Assembly (NCBI GenBank): GCA_023213395.1
Contig: CM041465.1
Coordinates: 231,949,741 to 232,013,740, forward strand
Reading direction: 5' to 3'
Length of the DNA stretch: 64,000 nucleotides
Source: Cycas panzhihuaensis
Taxonomy: Eukaryota; Plantae; Cycadophyta
Part shown: piece by piece, positions 12,901 to 24,499 of the stretch
Layout of the letters: every line of letters begins with the position of its first letter
Position numbering within the stretch: position 1 is the first letter of the stretch
Notes under the pieces: generated by a model
Database searches by the model: none
Told to the model about the DNA's origin: nothing
The model's input: only the letters and a program-made list of their open reading frames with translations
Program-made: the position numbers and the translations under genes

Positions 12901-14297
12901 TGGTCATATAGTGATTGCTCATGTCTTCTCACCACTAATTTGCCTCTTAGCCCTACAAATCTCATCTTTCACAGCTCCTGCACATAACTTGCCAATCCAT
13001 TCCTATGAAATTTATCTTGAATCCTTGCTATATATGTTGGCATGTACTTTTTTTAGATTATTTTGATTTATGGAGAATGTATCCCTATGTTGTAGTGAAA
13101 GATTAGGAGTTGGTTATCAACAGACTCCATAGATGTACTCTCTCCTAGGTCATCCTCCATTTAAATGCTTCAATACTTATTTGAATCCTCGTTCTTCAAA
13201 CTTTAATGATCATCTGTCAACTTTCACATTAATCTCATAATAAATGGAATGATGCAATGGTGAATATATCATCCAAAATACTAGGAAAATGGCTCGATGT
13301 GGTAGTGAATCCCCATTTGGATGCTCACAACAGTGTCTACAAGACTGAACCAATATAGGACACGGTGTTTGTTGCTATACATGTCTCTTATTGCAATTTT
13401 CTCACTTCAACAAGTTATGTAGGGTTATTTCAATGACTTTAAGCAACATATAACCTTATCCATATCATTATGAATTTGATAAAATGTTACATATCTCGAG
13501 TATTAACCTACATGCATAAATAGTGTCTGCATAAATAAAATAATTAAATTCTCACTATATTGGCATTAATATTGATTTAGTACTAGCTCATATAATGCAT
13601 GTATGGATGTCTTCAGATGGTAAAAATTGTCAACATGTGTGTGTGGTCTTCAACCTCCTTTACCCTACTTCATCCTACTTTGTCTCATATAGGGTTTGGG
13701 TTGGTTCCTACTTCACTTGCACTTTAATATGATGTCTCCTAAGGACTTTCACCTTGGATCTTCAACTTGGCTCTAATGTCATGTTAAAATTCTTGCACAA
13801 ATTTTGACACGATTAAAATTTTGGTGACAACTTATATAATCAAGTAGGTAAAAGTATGTGGAATATCTGTGTTAACATAACTTGTATGAACAATAAATGT
13901 AATATGAATAATTTGTGAGATGTTTAAGATAATTATCAAATGTCTTAAATGATATATGTACACATTAATATAACAACATACACACATAAGAAAGATACTA
14001 TAATGAGACACTTAATTTATACATGAAAAACTTTTGATAGAAAAAACCACAAGATAAAAGTGGAGCTTAAGTCTCACTCATTATCTCATCTCAAATATAC
14101 TTTTGACATGTGTATATATTTATAGATTTATCACCTCGTGTATATCCAATAAGATATAAGTACATCATCAACCAATGGTATCATGCCAATACATCGATCA
14201 ATAAGATCATGTGTAAGAACCTTTTTATATAAACTAATCATAACTCATCCATTAATTAAACATTGCATTGACTTTTGTGAAATACAATATTCTAGCA
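9987..14297 (-). mobile_element. Non-autonomous LTR element N2 (LARD-like), inserted in the C2 leader
   Basis: Direct repeats 9987-10468 and 13782-14297; PBS (minus) TGACATTAGAGC 13770-13781; PPT (minus) CATTAAGGGAAG from 10469; decayed TSD GTAAA/ATAGA; no recognisable coding domains inside. Confidence 0.85.
10925..11335 (-). repeat. Solo LTR related to the N1 LTR family, inserted in N2
   Basis: Reverse complement aligns to N1 LTR ends (TGTTAGAATATAATATTTAATGTGT... ...TTTCCATGTTGTAAATTTAACA); flanked by TSD CTACC/TTACC; ORF 10978-11193 resembles ORFs 378-596 and 4755-4973. Confidence 0.85.
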
Positions 14298-15568
14298 ATA
14301 GAGAAATTTAGACCATTGAAAACTTCACACTATAGGGTGATTATTTATTAGTAAATATTGAAACCTTTTTGGGTTGATTTCATCTTTGTACCTGTGTTTA
14401 GTTTTTATATGGAGAAAAAAATCATTAAAATAAAAGGTGGGGGTGATTGTGGCTCCATTGTTTTTATCAAATTTCTATGGAGTTGTGATTCGTGGTGGTG
14501 CTAAACCTGAGTACAAAGCTATATGCTAGCAAATAAAGAGGAAAATGGATTATGATCAATGTCACTCTATATATGCATACACTTTAGGTAGGTTTTGCAG
14601 TAGAGACACCTTTCTTCATGGGCAATTTTGAAAAAGTGACATTGTTTGGTGAGGATGAATGTAAAGCAATACAAGTCTATTGATTTGAAGGGATTTAAAT
14701 CCTGTTGTAAAGAACATTTGAGATCTATGAGCACATACATCATTTCCCATGAGTCCCTAAGTAGATCTATAAATAAAAGATTACCACAGTTAGTGGAATC
14801 TTGAAGCTCATAGACAAAATTCAAATGAAGATGTCATTTGATTGAGAGCAAAGATATGAAACGCATCTTTGTGAGTAGGGTTAGATTAGAGGGCAAACAT
14901 CAAAAGTAGAGACACCATTTGCGAACGTCAAGCATGATTGAAGCATAGTCGACAGACATTAGAACATGGAGAATGTTAGCATCAAGATATATGAAAATGG
15001 ACATGAGCTAGAACATTTCTGGGATTCGTTGAAGTCTTCACCGAGATCTATATACACCAAAAATTGACTCGGGAGATGGATCAATTCGACAGATTCACCG
15101 AAATTGTGAACATATATAGATAAAAATCGCATAGCCACCAAATTTAATACTTTGGTAAATTGATTTTATTTCATTTTTTAGGTTGGGTCACATTTAATCA
15201 CTTTTTGTAATTTTCTAAATCTGAGCTTTCAAAAGTGGTAAGCCCCTACACTTGAAACTCCCTGGTCACATGGAGAGATGAGGAGTTAAAGTTAATTTTG
15301 GCTTTTTTTAACAACCCAAATCAAAATTTGCAAATACATTTCTGTTTAAAATTTAATTTTGCACATTTTCACATTGGTCATATGGTTTTATTTTGAGACT
15401 CTACATGGTGAACAAGTTTTTTATATTTTTTCGGTACTTTGCAAAGTGATCAAAGACTTAAAAACACAAAACATAATAAAATATTATTGTGTAGGTGTGC
15501 TTGGTCTATTTGTTACCTATTATTGTGTTTGTTAGTAGTGTTTTTCAAATTTCTTGCAAAAATCATAT

Positions 15569-18500
15569 TGAGTGGAAATTTATTCAACTCCTAAGTAGAG
15601 AAGTTAGTCAATGTAGAAAACTATGGCACTTGGAAATACCAAATGACCAATCTATTACAAATGAATAAATTGTTGTTGTACGTGGAAAGTAGGTTGACTG
15701 AACTAAATGAACCCACTATCTTTGCTCATGATAAAATGGAGCTTGAAATTGAAAATGACTTCACTTTAAAGTTAGTTAATATGTCCATCAGTGGAGTTTT
15801 GGTAGATAATGTTAAAAAAACAAAGACACCTAAGAAAGCGTGGGAGGGCATAACATTTGTTTTTAAAACAAAAAATGATATCATGATAATGATTTTAAAT
15901 AATTAGTTATATAACTTGAGAATAGCTAGTTTTATGGTTGACTATCTCCAACAAGTGAAGGAAATCAAAATTTAACCATAAAATATTATAGAAATTATCA
16001 ATGACAATGACATCATCATTATGGTATTATAGATTTTGTCAAAAAGGTATGAAAATTTTGTGAGGAGTTTTTTCTTATCAAAGAAAGCTAGGAAAACCTT
16101 TTTTATTGAGTTGGAAGTATTGTTGATGCAATGAGCAGATTTTGAAGGATAACATTGTTGAATAATCTTCTAGGGCTTTTTAAGCTAAATCTAAAAGGAA
16201 GAAACCATCCACTCCCAAGAAAAACAGGAGTCCATAATAGTAGATTGTGCAAAAGGAACAATAGAAGTTGTATTATCATTACAACAAACTAGGTTATTTC
16301 AAGAGAGATTTTAAGTAATTGCAAGGTTATCAACAAAATCAAAAGAGGAGTGATCAACATAACCAAGAAAGGAAGAACTGCATTCAAAGTATTTTTCTAG
16401 TCATACTTCAAGTTTTAATGACAAGGGAAAGAAACTTTTCATGGCAGCTTCATAAACAAATTACAAAGTATATGATGTTTAGTACATCAATTTAGGGCCT
16501 TCTAAGCATATGATAGGTAGAATTGAGCAGTTTATACACGTGAGAGGCTATTGGATAAATAGTGACCTTGGAAGATAATAAAATATTAAAGGTGGAAGGA
16601 ATATAAGAAACTCCAATCATTACACTTGATAGAGAGGACTACTACATGGAGAATGTGATGTACTTACTAAGATTGAAGAAGGATTTAATTTATATTAGCT
16701 AGATTAATTTAAAGATGGGAAGGTTATTGTCAATGACTATGATAGAAAAGTCATAGCTAAAGGTGTTAGGAATGGTTGACTTTATAGGCTCCTAGGCAAA
16801 TCTATAAACCAAATAGCTCTCACTATTAATTTAAAATGTAAAACTCAATTATGGCATGAAAAATGGGACATTTTCATTACTCCTATATGTATTTAATATA
16901 TAATTTGAATATGGTTCATAGTTTTTTTAAACTTAAACCAATGAAAATTGTGTGTGATCCTTATATGATGGATAAACAACACAAGGAAAAGTTTAAAAAA
17001 GGCTAATCTTAAAAGAAAATTGAAGATCTTAACCTTATCCACTCAAATACTTATGGTCTAATACCAACCATTTTTATTGGAGATGCAAGATGCTTCTTGA
17101 TCTTCATTCATGACTTTTTGAAAAAAGTTTGGGTCTGTCATATAAAAGAGAAATCCCAACCCTTCGATACTTTTAGAGAATTCAAAGATACAGTGGAGAA
17201 TAAGAATGATCAAAGAATGAAAATTCTCATATCAAACAATGTGGGAAAATACACCTCTAAAGCCTTTACGCAATTTTGCAAGAACCATGGAATTAAGAAA
17301 TACTTGATGATAACATGTACACATTAGCATAATAGAGCAACTAAGAGGATGAATATAACTTTGATTGAAAAGGTCAAGTCAATGATGAAAGGAAAAAATT
17401 TCTCAAAGTCTTTTTAGAAAGAGATTATTTGCACAACTACTTAGACCAATCAAAATTTCATGAAGGCTATTTGGAACATGACACCAAAGGAAGCCTGGTT
17501 AGACAAAAACCCAACCATAAGCCATATGAGGATCTTTGAGAATATTGCATAGATGCTTATTTCAAAGGAAAAATATCAAACATTTGATGAGTTCCAAATG
17601 TATACTCATCAAGCATAGTGAAGAAAGCAAAGTGTATTAAGTGTTTGAATTGGCAACCATAAAGGTTTATATAACTCAAGATGTCATATTTTTTTAAAAA
17701 ATAATAAGCAAGATGCTATGCTAGAAACTTTGAAGATGTGGTAAAACAAAAGAAAGTAGATTAAAGAACAACCAAAATATAGTTCTTCGAGGTAGTACTT
17801 TATTAAGTCTAAATCTAAATAAGAGTTAGCTAGTACTTTGACTAATGTTGAATTAGAAGGTAAGGAGGAGTATCATGATGTTTAGTCAAAATTACTTCTT
17901 GAATCACAACTTAAGATCACTCCACTTGCCAAGTAACTTCCACTCCACTTGCCAAGTAACTTCCCAAATGGTATTTGAAAATCATAATAGAAGCTCAACT
18001 ACCTAAGACTAAAGGTAGTATAGGTCGAAGATGAGATTTGATACTATCAAATTTTCTTCAATGGTAGATATACTTAATGTTGATGAGCCTTTGATTTTTG
18101 AGGAGGCCTACCATGAGCAGAAGTAGAGAACAACAATAGATGCTAAAATCCCTATTGTGAAACATAACAAAACTTGGAACTTAGTTGAGTTGCTAGTAAG
18201 TAAGTAGGCAACTGGTTGTTGATGGGTTTATAAGATCAAATACAAATTTGATGGCTCAGTTGATAAGTACAAGCTAGATTGGTTGCTAAGGGTTTTAAGC
18301 CAATAGAAGGTATTTATTACTGGGAGACATTTACTTTAGTAGAAAAGATGGTGACAATGAAACTAATATTAGAAATAGTTGCTTAATTCAAATATCAGCT
18401 ACACCAATTTGATATCAAGAGTGCTTTCTTTAATGGAGATCTAATAAAGAAAGTTTATATTGTGTAGTAGCCTTAGATATGTTGTAAAAGGAGAATACTA

Positions 18501-19590
18501 TCTTGTGTGCTACTTGAAGAAAGTTTTATATGGCTTGAAGTAGGCTCCAAGAGCCTGGTATTCTAAGATCAATCAATATCTTTTATATAATGGTTTTAAG
18601 AGATCATCAATTGATTCAAACCTCTACATCTTTATAATTTTATATGTAAATGATCTAATGATTATAGGTAATGATACAACAATACATTAAAGGTTGAAGA
18701 CTTAAAGAATAATCTAAAGGAAATACTTGAAATAACAAATTTTAAATGACTGCACTATTTTTTAGGAATAGAAGTATGACAAAACCTTAAGAGAATTATG
18801 ATTTCACAGGTTAAAAATACATGGGAGAATCTTAAAAAATTAAAAAATAAGAACTATAAACTTACCCCAACTTTTATGAAGATAGGTTCTAAATTATAAA
18901 CTCAGTATTATAGAAACCAGATAGATGGCACTTTGTATAAGTAGTTAGTTAGTAGCTTAATTTATTTAACTACAACTAGGTCTAATATCTTTTTTGTGGT
19001 TGGGACGATGTCGAGATTTGCCTCAGAGCTAAAACAAAGCCATTAAAAAAGTGTAAAGAGGTTCCTTAAATATTTGTAGGGAACTTTACATTATGGATTA
19101 AAATTTAGTTATAACAACAATTTCATGTTGGAATGGTATTTAGATTCTAATTGGATAGAATTTACTAATAGTAGGAGGTCCATTTCATGATATTGCTTTA
19201 GTTTAGGTTTTGTTTTTATTACATGGAGTAGTAGAAGTAGTTAAATGTTGCATTGACATCTATTGAAATAAAATATAAAGCTACAGTTGCGACAATTTGT
19301 AAAGCCACTTAACTAACAAATCCTTAAGTGATGTGGGGCTTTATCAAGATGAAGTGACTACATTATATTATGACAATTAGGGTACTTTTAAAATTACTAA
19401 GAACTCAACATTTTATACTCGTACCAAACACATTAAGGTGCACTATCATTTCATTAGGGAAATTTAGAACAGTAGGTTGAGATAGTATACAAGCCTACCA
19501 AAGAGCAGCTAATAAATACTTTCACCAAATCTTGTCTAAAGACAAATTGATAAATTCATATTTTGAATTAGCATTAAAGCCAATGATGTA
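15569..19590 (+). pseudogene. C2 gag-pol pseudogene (gag, protease, integrase, RT, RNase H)
   Basis: ENYGTWKYQM gag start; GPSKHMIG protease; integrase 17097-17327; TWNLVEL, DIKSAFLNG, YVND, TRTKHIKVHYHFIRE; many stops. Confidence 0.93.
17918..17963 (+). repeat. Perfect 23-bp tandem duplication in C2 pol
   Basis: CACTCCACTTGCCAAGTAACTTC x2. Confidence 0.95.
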
Positions 19591-19605
19591 AACATTAAGG
19601 GGGAG

Positions 19606-22565
19606 TGTTTAAATTATTATTAACTTTATTAAGTTGTAAATTCTAATAGGTGTTGGATAATTTTAATCAATTGTAAAATCATCATTTAATTAGTGACACA
19701 TATTTAGGGGTTATATAATTCTATAATGGGTCTGTAACACATGTTAGGGTGCTTACAAGTTATTATTGAATGGTTATTGATCTTCCTTGTATTTATATAT
19801 ATCTTGGCTTGTACCTATTATTAAAAATATATACCTAAGAAAATAGCTCTAATGCCATATTTAAATTATATAACCAAAAAATAATTAAGACTATGAATTA
19901 TGAAGCTATGTTGGTGAATAAACAAATGAATAAATAAATGTGTATAAATGCACAATATAATATACTTATAGTAAATGTTCAAATTGTATCATGAAAATTC
20001 AATATATATTTATAGACATACACTACCTTATGGTTATCCAATCATAATCTAGAAGCCATTTGGTCAACCAATGATCAAATACATAAAGAAGTGTGTGTAC
20101 TATGACCCCCTATTATATATCAAAGAGGAAACTACATCAATTTAATAATATATAAATCAATTAATACTCAACATCCCCCCCTTTAATGTTTAATCCTAAT
20201 CATATAATTACTTCAAATATGATATGGAGTCCATATAAAAGCTAACCATCCATCATTGCATATGGATAACCAACTATTATACTTACCAATCCTCTAAAAT
20301 GGCTTTTGTGTACATGATTCACCAACATTTATCTATAAAATAGCTTTTCCATGTTCTCATTTTATCTATTTCTAGTCTCTCTTAGTTAAGGCCACACCTT
20401 TAGGAGAAAACTAAATTGAAAACTCACAACCCCATTCACTACACCATGGAACAAATCTGCATAAATATTTATCCGAGCAAAAACATATGAAAAACACTTT
20501 ATTTTTCATGCACAAATTCTAGTTTTAACTTATATAATTGCCCAACAAACTAAAATTAGAAATTCAAGCCATTAAACTACCTTAAAAAATGTCCAATGTA
20601 TAGCATGCAACCAATGGTTATAAAGGTATATGAATCAGCTTTCTAATGCAATAAAAGGAGTTGAATTCTAATTTCATATAATGGGGATATTACCATTTAT
20701 GTGAGCATAGGTACTTTACTAGGTGAGAAAAGTGAAAAATAAAATAAAGTCCTTTCTAACATGGCTCACAATCATATTAAAAAATCCATGTGACCTCCTC
20801 TTCGGGCTTCATGGACTTTAAACATTATAGAAAATAATTTAATGCCCTTTACTAAAGGTTATAATTCTTAAAGAAATAGAATTAAATTATTTTAAGTGTT
20901 GTCTATCTTAGGGCCTGCCCCTGACTTCGACAACGGTCAAATGAGCTTATGATTGCTCTTTCTTACAAAAACTCAATGGTAAATATAGATCTAAGGTTGG
21001 ATCTACCTTTCCCTCAATCTAGCAGGCCCTAATATAGAAAATAGGAGAAACCACCACCAAAAGCTTCAGAAAATCGCTCGATTTCACAAAGGATGTCCAT
21101 GTTAAGAAGACATTATTTATGCATCAATCTTACTGCAAATAAATATTTCTCATCAAAATTTCATTCTCCACACTATTACAGCTTCACAAGTATAAAGAAG
21201 CAAGAATAATACATAGAAATAGTGAGCCAAAATTGCCATTTCTCAATACAATTATTACTAATAAAGTATAGAACCTACATTCATTTTTCCCCAATAAAAC
21301 CTTAGATTAGCATGCTAAAACCAATGCAATAGGTTCTAAGGTACCATAACATACTGATCTGTACCATTCAATGAATTTCCAAGCCAAAACAACCATGATC
21401 TGAGGTTTATAACCATTCAACTTGCTGATGGGATAGGCCTAACAAACCCCAACTAATAAACTTGAAAACCTCTTGTTGCACACTTGCTAATCAATAATTC
21501 TTCTCATGGAACAAGTTCTTATCAAAACAACAAGCTTTACTTCTTATGACCCTAGCATGCAAATGCTTTTCATACATGAGCCATTGCATTTACTACAATA
21601 AATTATGTTGTAAAACCTTCATCAATCATGGACCCATCAATACACAACATAAGATAAAATAGTAGCCTACCTCGCCACATCAACAGATTCAATGGGGTGA
21701 TCAAGCCTACTTCAAAAACTTCATTCTCAGACACGTGCAACATCTGCTTGTGCACTTGAAAAACATGCAATTATACTACAAAAAAATAAACTAAAATCAA
21801 TGGTAAACCTTTGTGGGATTTAAAATAATCGTAACACCTATGCTCTCGGTTGGATTTTCTTTAATGTTTGTGCACCAACATGCTATTCAGGTTTATGACA
21901 CTAATATGCTCTAGGGACTTTACAAAAATACAATTCGAAAGCCTTCCCACAACTTGCAACAAATCTCACTTTACAAACAACCCCCTTCACTGGTCATAAG
22001 CAAGAATATATAAACAAGATATGAATAAACACCATTGCCAAGAGGTCATTCTTATAGTGTTACAACCTTTCCAGGGGTCAAACCAGGCTTTGATGTCATG
22101 TTAAAAATATACACCTAGGACAACAACTCTAATATTAAGCTAAAATTATATAACCAAACAATAATCAAGACCATGAATTATGAAGCCATATAGATGAATA
22201 AATAAATATGTATAAATACACAACACAATATACTTATGTGAAATGATCACCTCAAAAATGTATTATGAAGAATTAGTACATATTTATAGGCATGCACCAC
22301 CTTATGATTATCTAATTATAATCTAGGAGTTTCTTAACTAGCCAATGACCAAATATATAAAGAAGTGTGTGCATTATGACCCCTTAGTGCACATCAAAGA
22401 AGAAATTACACCAATTTAATAATATATGGATCAATCATTATCTAACACATACATGTAATGTGAATTATTAATGAATGAGAAAATTTGAAGGTAGACTAAT
22501 TTTACCTAAAATTTTCTATGTTTGTCATTCTTGTTTGGTTTACTTTATTCTTGTTTTAACTCACA
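19606..22565 (+). repeat. C2 3' LTR, split by N3 (19606-19818 plus 22448-22565)
   Basis: Starts TGTTT after the PPT; its tail matches the 5' LTR remnant at 9766-9794. Confidence 0.75.
19819..22447 (-). mobile_element. Non-autonomous LTR element N3 (2.6 kb, large TRIM/LARD-like), inserted in the C2 3' LTR
   Basis: LTRs 19819-20173 and 22099-22447; PBS (minus) TGACATCAAAGC 22087-22098; PPT (minus) G-run from 20174; decayed TSD CCTAT/CATAC; no coding domain recognised. Confidence 0.87.
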
Positions 22566-23449
22566 CATAGAGTGCTATATCATTTCTACAAAGTTGTCAA
22601 TTGACTACCTTTTGTAAATGAGTGAGATGTTATTTAGCAATAGGAAAAAAAGTTAAGAACTACATATTTTGGATGCAAAAGTAGTATTATCTATTACTAA
22701 AATAAGTATATTTTGCCCTAATGCATTACTTAAAAACATTAAAAAGTGATACTATTTATAGCAATGCCCAATATATCATGAAATATAGTTTGCTCTATTA
22801 TATTATAAGGACATTTATTACAATTTTGTCTTATGAAGAGGGAACAATTAAAATTAGATTGCATCTTTCCTCAAGAATACCATTTATCTTGATGAGAAAA
22901 CTAGCCACTCATGAATGGCATTGAAAATTTCAAATTAGTACCAAATATTATTAATGGTGATCTTCAAAAGGAACTCCAAAATCGTGATTTCAAGATGGCC
23001 CATAAGCAAATGCATGAAAACATTTCTTTTATTCCTTTTTTTTTGGAAAAAAAAGAAAAGAAAAAGGGAAATCCCATGGGTATCGATATTAATTTTGTTG
23101 AATATATCCATCACAATAACTAAAATATAGTCATGTTGCTTCTTATTTTAAGCTAAACCACTCAAATAATCTAAAGAAATAAGTTTTTCCTAGTTGACAA
23201 AGAATCTAAAATGAAGCATAGTTAATTTTTTGTTTAAAGGTTTTGGATTGATTATGTAGAGTACATTGTTAAATTTATGTACATGCATTTGCATTAATGT
23301 TTAATAAACATATTTTACAAATATGGAAAAGATCTTTTTTACCCTTTTTGTTACAAATAAATAATTTGTTAAATAGAATAAATTATATATGTGATATAAC
23401 AAAAAAACTGGGGAGAGAACATTATCCCCACCATCCCATGAATGATTAT

Positions 23450-24269
23450 TGTTGGGGTTAAATTTGGTTTGCACATGCTTAGGATAATGAAAAATATGTT
23501 CAACTTGTGTCTAGTAGGATGGAATGAATGAAGGACAAGGCCAAGTAGATGTTAGTATGGACGAACGTATATCAGTATGGATTGAATATGCTGAAAAAAA
23601 AATGCTCTCAAAGAATGCAATACATGGTGTGTTTTGAATGAGAACACATTATAAATGGGAGTGCATTAGTAACACATATCAAAAAATGCATAAAATGCAT
23701 GCAATAGATGAAAAGACACATTCCATGACTAATGATGCCAATATTTTGTATACGAATGTACAACCATAATAATTAAGTATAGTCATTAATTAAGAATAAT
23801 AATAAAAGGGAGTTATGAAAGGGAATGATTAAGATCATAAGTCACAATTGTTCCTCTCAAAAGACACATAATTATGCATCTATAGCTCATTTTTCCACCT
23901 TGTTGGTGGTGAGGGTGTAATTAATGAATCTTGTGATATGTTTTCAAGGCTGAGAGTTGAGTGTGATGATCTCTAGTGATAAAAGAGACTGTTACACAGT
24001 ATTATTGCTTAATGAAATCAAAGTTATGAGGAAATATTATGCCATATACGTGAATCTGTTGCTTTGATGTTATGATGTTGTCATAATACTATGATTATAA
24101 TATTATACTATCGAGATGATGCTTGTGGTCCTTTGAAGTATGTGAGGATGAGTATATATATGTAAACGATGATATGGATATGCAATTCGCATGTTAAAAA
24201 TATCCTTAGGAACACCACACAAAAGTGGATCCTAACACAAGTGCTTACTAAATGAGAAGCAAGTCAACA
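23450..24269 (+). repeat. T1 5' LTR (820 bp)
   Basis: Colinear with 54564-55964 except for a ~575-bp block. Confidence 0.88.
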
Positions 24270-24499
24270 TTGGTTATATTTTATATGCCCATTTATAAAA
24301 GGAGTGAACCAAGGTTTCACCTTATAGAACTTACATGTAAAAATCAAGGAATTCTAGTTGTCATAATGGTAGGTCATAACCAAGCCTTTGACAATCAAGG
24401 GACCTTCTATTGCACTAAAACAACCTTCGAAGGTGGGGAGCCACTTAAGCAACTTACGCCTAAGAGAATTCTAGAGCCTCTTAGACAAAAGACAATAAG

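Larger units (their letters stand above)
9766..22565 (+). mobile_element. Ty1/copia element C2, host of C1, N2 and N3
   Basis: 5' LTR tail GGTTCACATCATTTCTATTTTAACTCATA (9766-9794) matches the 3' LTR tail GGTTTACTTTATTCTTGTTTTAACTCACA (~22537-22565); degenerate PBS TGGTGTAAGAGT 9797-9808; gag-pol 15569-19590; PPT AAGGGGGAG then 3' LTR from 19606. Confidence 0.82.

Noticed and set aside
22721-23123. Two short ORFs in the non-TE island
   Set aside because: AT-rich, no recognisable motif and no convincing splice context
24270-24290. PBS of T1
   Set aside because: Only TTGGT is recognisable; too degenerate to assign a tRNA
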